A stretch of 64,000 nucleotides of DNA from Paramoeba atlantica. Taxonomy: Eukaryota; Protista; Discosea. Below are positions 62,925 to 64,000 of the stretch, in pieces; position 1 is the stretch's first letter; the number at the start of each line of letters is the position of its first letter. The DNA is taken from assembly GCA_977017575.1 (NCBI GenBank), contig CDRNVI010000060.1:124001-188000 (forward strand), in the 5' to 3' direction. The position numbers were made by a program, and so were the translations under genes. The notes under the pieces are model-generated. The model saw nothing but the letters and a program-made list of their open reading frames with translations, made no database searches and was not told where the DNA came from.

Positions 62925-63851
62925 TTATTTGAAAATTACTTTTGTACCTTGCGTAATGAGGTCGTCCAATAACTTAGGAAGTATGGAACGGTTAATTTCA
63001 CCTTCAAGTTCATTATTATCCACGAAGAATAGTCGTGTCATTTGTGGTGGGAGCTTATCGAAAAATACTTTTCCGCTGAAAATGTTATTCTCGCACTCCA
63101 GCACCTCCAACGAAGCGGGTAGATGCCGCAAATCTAGCGTTCCGAAAAATTGATTGTTTGATAATATTAGCCAAGTGACAGAGGGCAAGCTACTTAGATT
63201 AACATTACCTGTAAATGCGTTATCCGAAAGGTCTAATGATACGAAGTTCGCTGGGAATTGACTCAAATCTACCTCTCCCGACAAATCATTCTCCTGGACC
63301 CACAGCTCTTGCATATTTTGCGGTAAGTTACACAAGTCCACACCACCTGTAAACGCATTCCCCCCTAATTGGAAAATGCGAAGCGAGGACGGAAGGCTAT
63401 CCAATTTCACCTCTCCACTAAGCCTATTTTCATACAAATAACAGTTCTCGAGCGTTCGTGGGAGATAATCCCAGGCTGGGGAACCCGTCATGGAAATCCC
63501 CGGCATGCCCTGTCCCACCATTCTCCCATAGGGGGACCAATCCATTAGCGTCACACGCTCGCCGTGCTCACAGGCAATACCCTCCCACTCACACGCGGGG
63601 GTGTCCGTGTTCCAGCTCGACGGTTTCCCTCCCCTACGCCGAGGGGGTCCATGCCGGTGAAACGGAATCGTAATATTCTCCACGAAACGCGAGAGCTCGT
63701 ACTCTTGGGGTAGCTGCGCTCCTCGTACCTTACCGAGCGCGGCTCCCGACGTTTCGTCACTTGTAACCTTCTCTATGGTTTTGCGTCGTTTTCGAGGGGG
63801 TAACGGCGTGTCAGAGAGCTGCACAGGACAGGTGATGGGGAGGGGGTTCAT
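62925..63851 (-). CDS. LRR protein (308 aa)
   Basis: LGKVRGAQLPQEYELSRF motif, ACEWEGIACE cap, about seven LRRs; uninterrupted paralog of 48862..50062. Confidence 0.92.
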   Translation of the reverse strand: MNPLPITCPVQLSDTPLPPRKRRKTIEKVTSDETSGAALGKVRGAQLPQEYELSRFVENITIPFHRHGPPRRRGGKPSSWNTDTPACEWEGIACEHGERVTLMDWSPYGRMVGQGMPGISMTGSPAWDYLPRTLENCYLYENRLSGEVKLDSLPSSLRIFQLGGNAFTGGVDLCNLPQNMQELWVQENDLSGEVDLSQFPANFVSLDLSDNAFTGNVNLSSLPSVTWLILSNNQFFGTLDLRHLPASLEVLECENNIFSGKVFFDKLPPQMTRLFFVDNNELEGEINRSILPKLLDDLITQGTKVIFK

Positions 63852-64000
63852 AAGAGGTGTAAATCAGAGGATACGGTGTCTATTCGATAATATTTGGGAA
63901 AGGGATTCTGTCAAATCTGGAGCCATAGGAACAAATCGCACACGTGTACGTTCTGCTGTGGTAGAGTGAGGCCAACAGCACAAGTAGTTGAGAAACATAC

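Noticed and set aside
1326-63673. The many short plus-strand ORFs overlapping LRR genes and RT ORFs, and the Pro/Gly-rich ORFs at 36195..37402
   Set aside because: Antisense shadows of real coding sequence or products of G/C homopolymer tracts; no independent motifs.

Overview
Eukaryotic, intron-less, repeat-rich accessory region, most likely from a kinetoplastid-type euglenozoan. This is inferred from four relict spliced-leader (SL) copies with core (A)AGATACAGTTTCTGTACCTTGTTG, from intron-less genes that all lie on one strand, and from CRE-, TATE/VIPER- and Merlin-type elements. All recognisable host genes are on the minus strand: about 14 leucine-rich-repeat (LRR) genes or pseudogenes of one family, a probable mitoribosomal mS41/Fyv4 gene, one more GC-rich gene and one orphan ORF. 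The rest is mobile DNA. The most notable result is an apparent LINE/SINE system. It comprises an intact 5.6-kb RLE-type (HERO/NeSL-like) non-LTR retrotransposon (ORF 50741..56191, 1816 aa, six CxHxCxxKxxCxHxCCK modules), a decayed relative (30056..35711) and a ~640-bp non-coding element (4709..5345, fragments at 41883, 49099 and 57532). Both long elements and two of the short-element copies begin with a reverse-transcribed SL, and the long and short elements end in a related 3' stem-loop. Three insertions sit in LRR genes, in sense orientation, 6-15 nt upstream of the conserved Asn codon of a repeat. One short-element copy has the SL joined exactly where two other copies keep a polypyrimidine-AG acceptor. 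Also present are decayed CRE-clade elements with a ubiquitin-like N-terminal segment and a 2A-like motif, tyrosine-recombinase (TATE/VIPER-like) remnants, a Merlin transposase remnant, many TA-flanked Tc1/pogo MITEs, two tRNA-derived SINE-like families and a hairpin-ended insertion. All family assignments come from motif recognition by eye; no searches were run.
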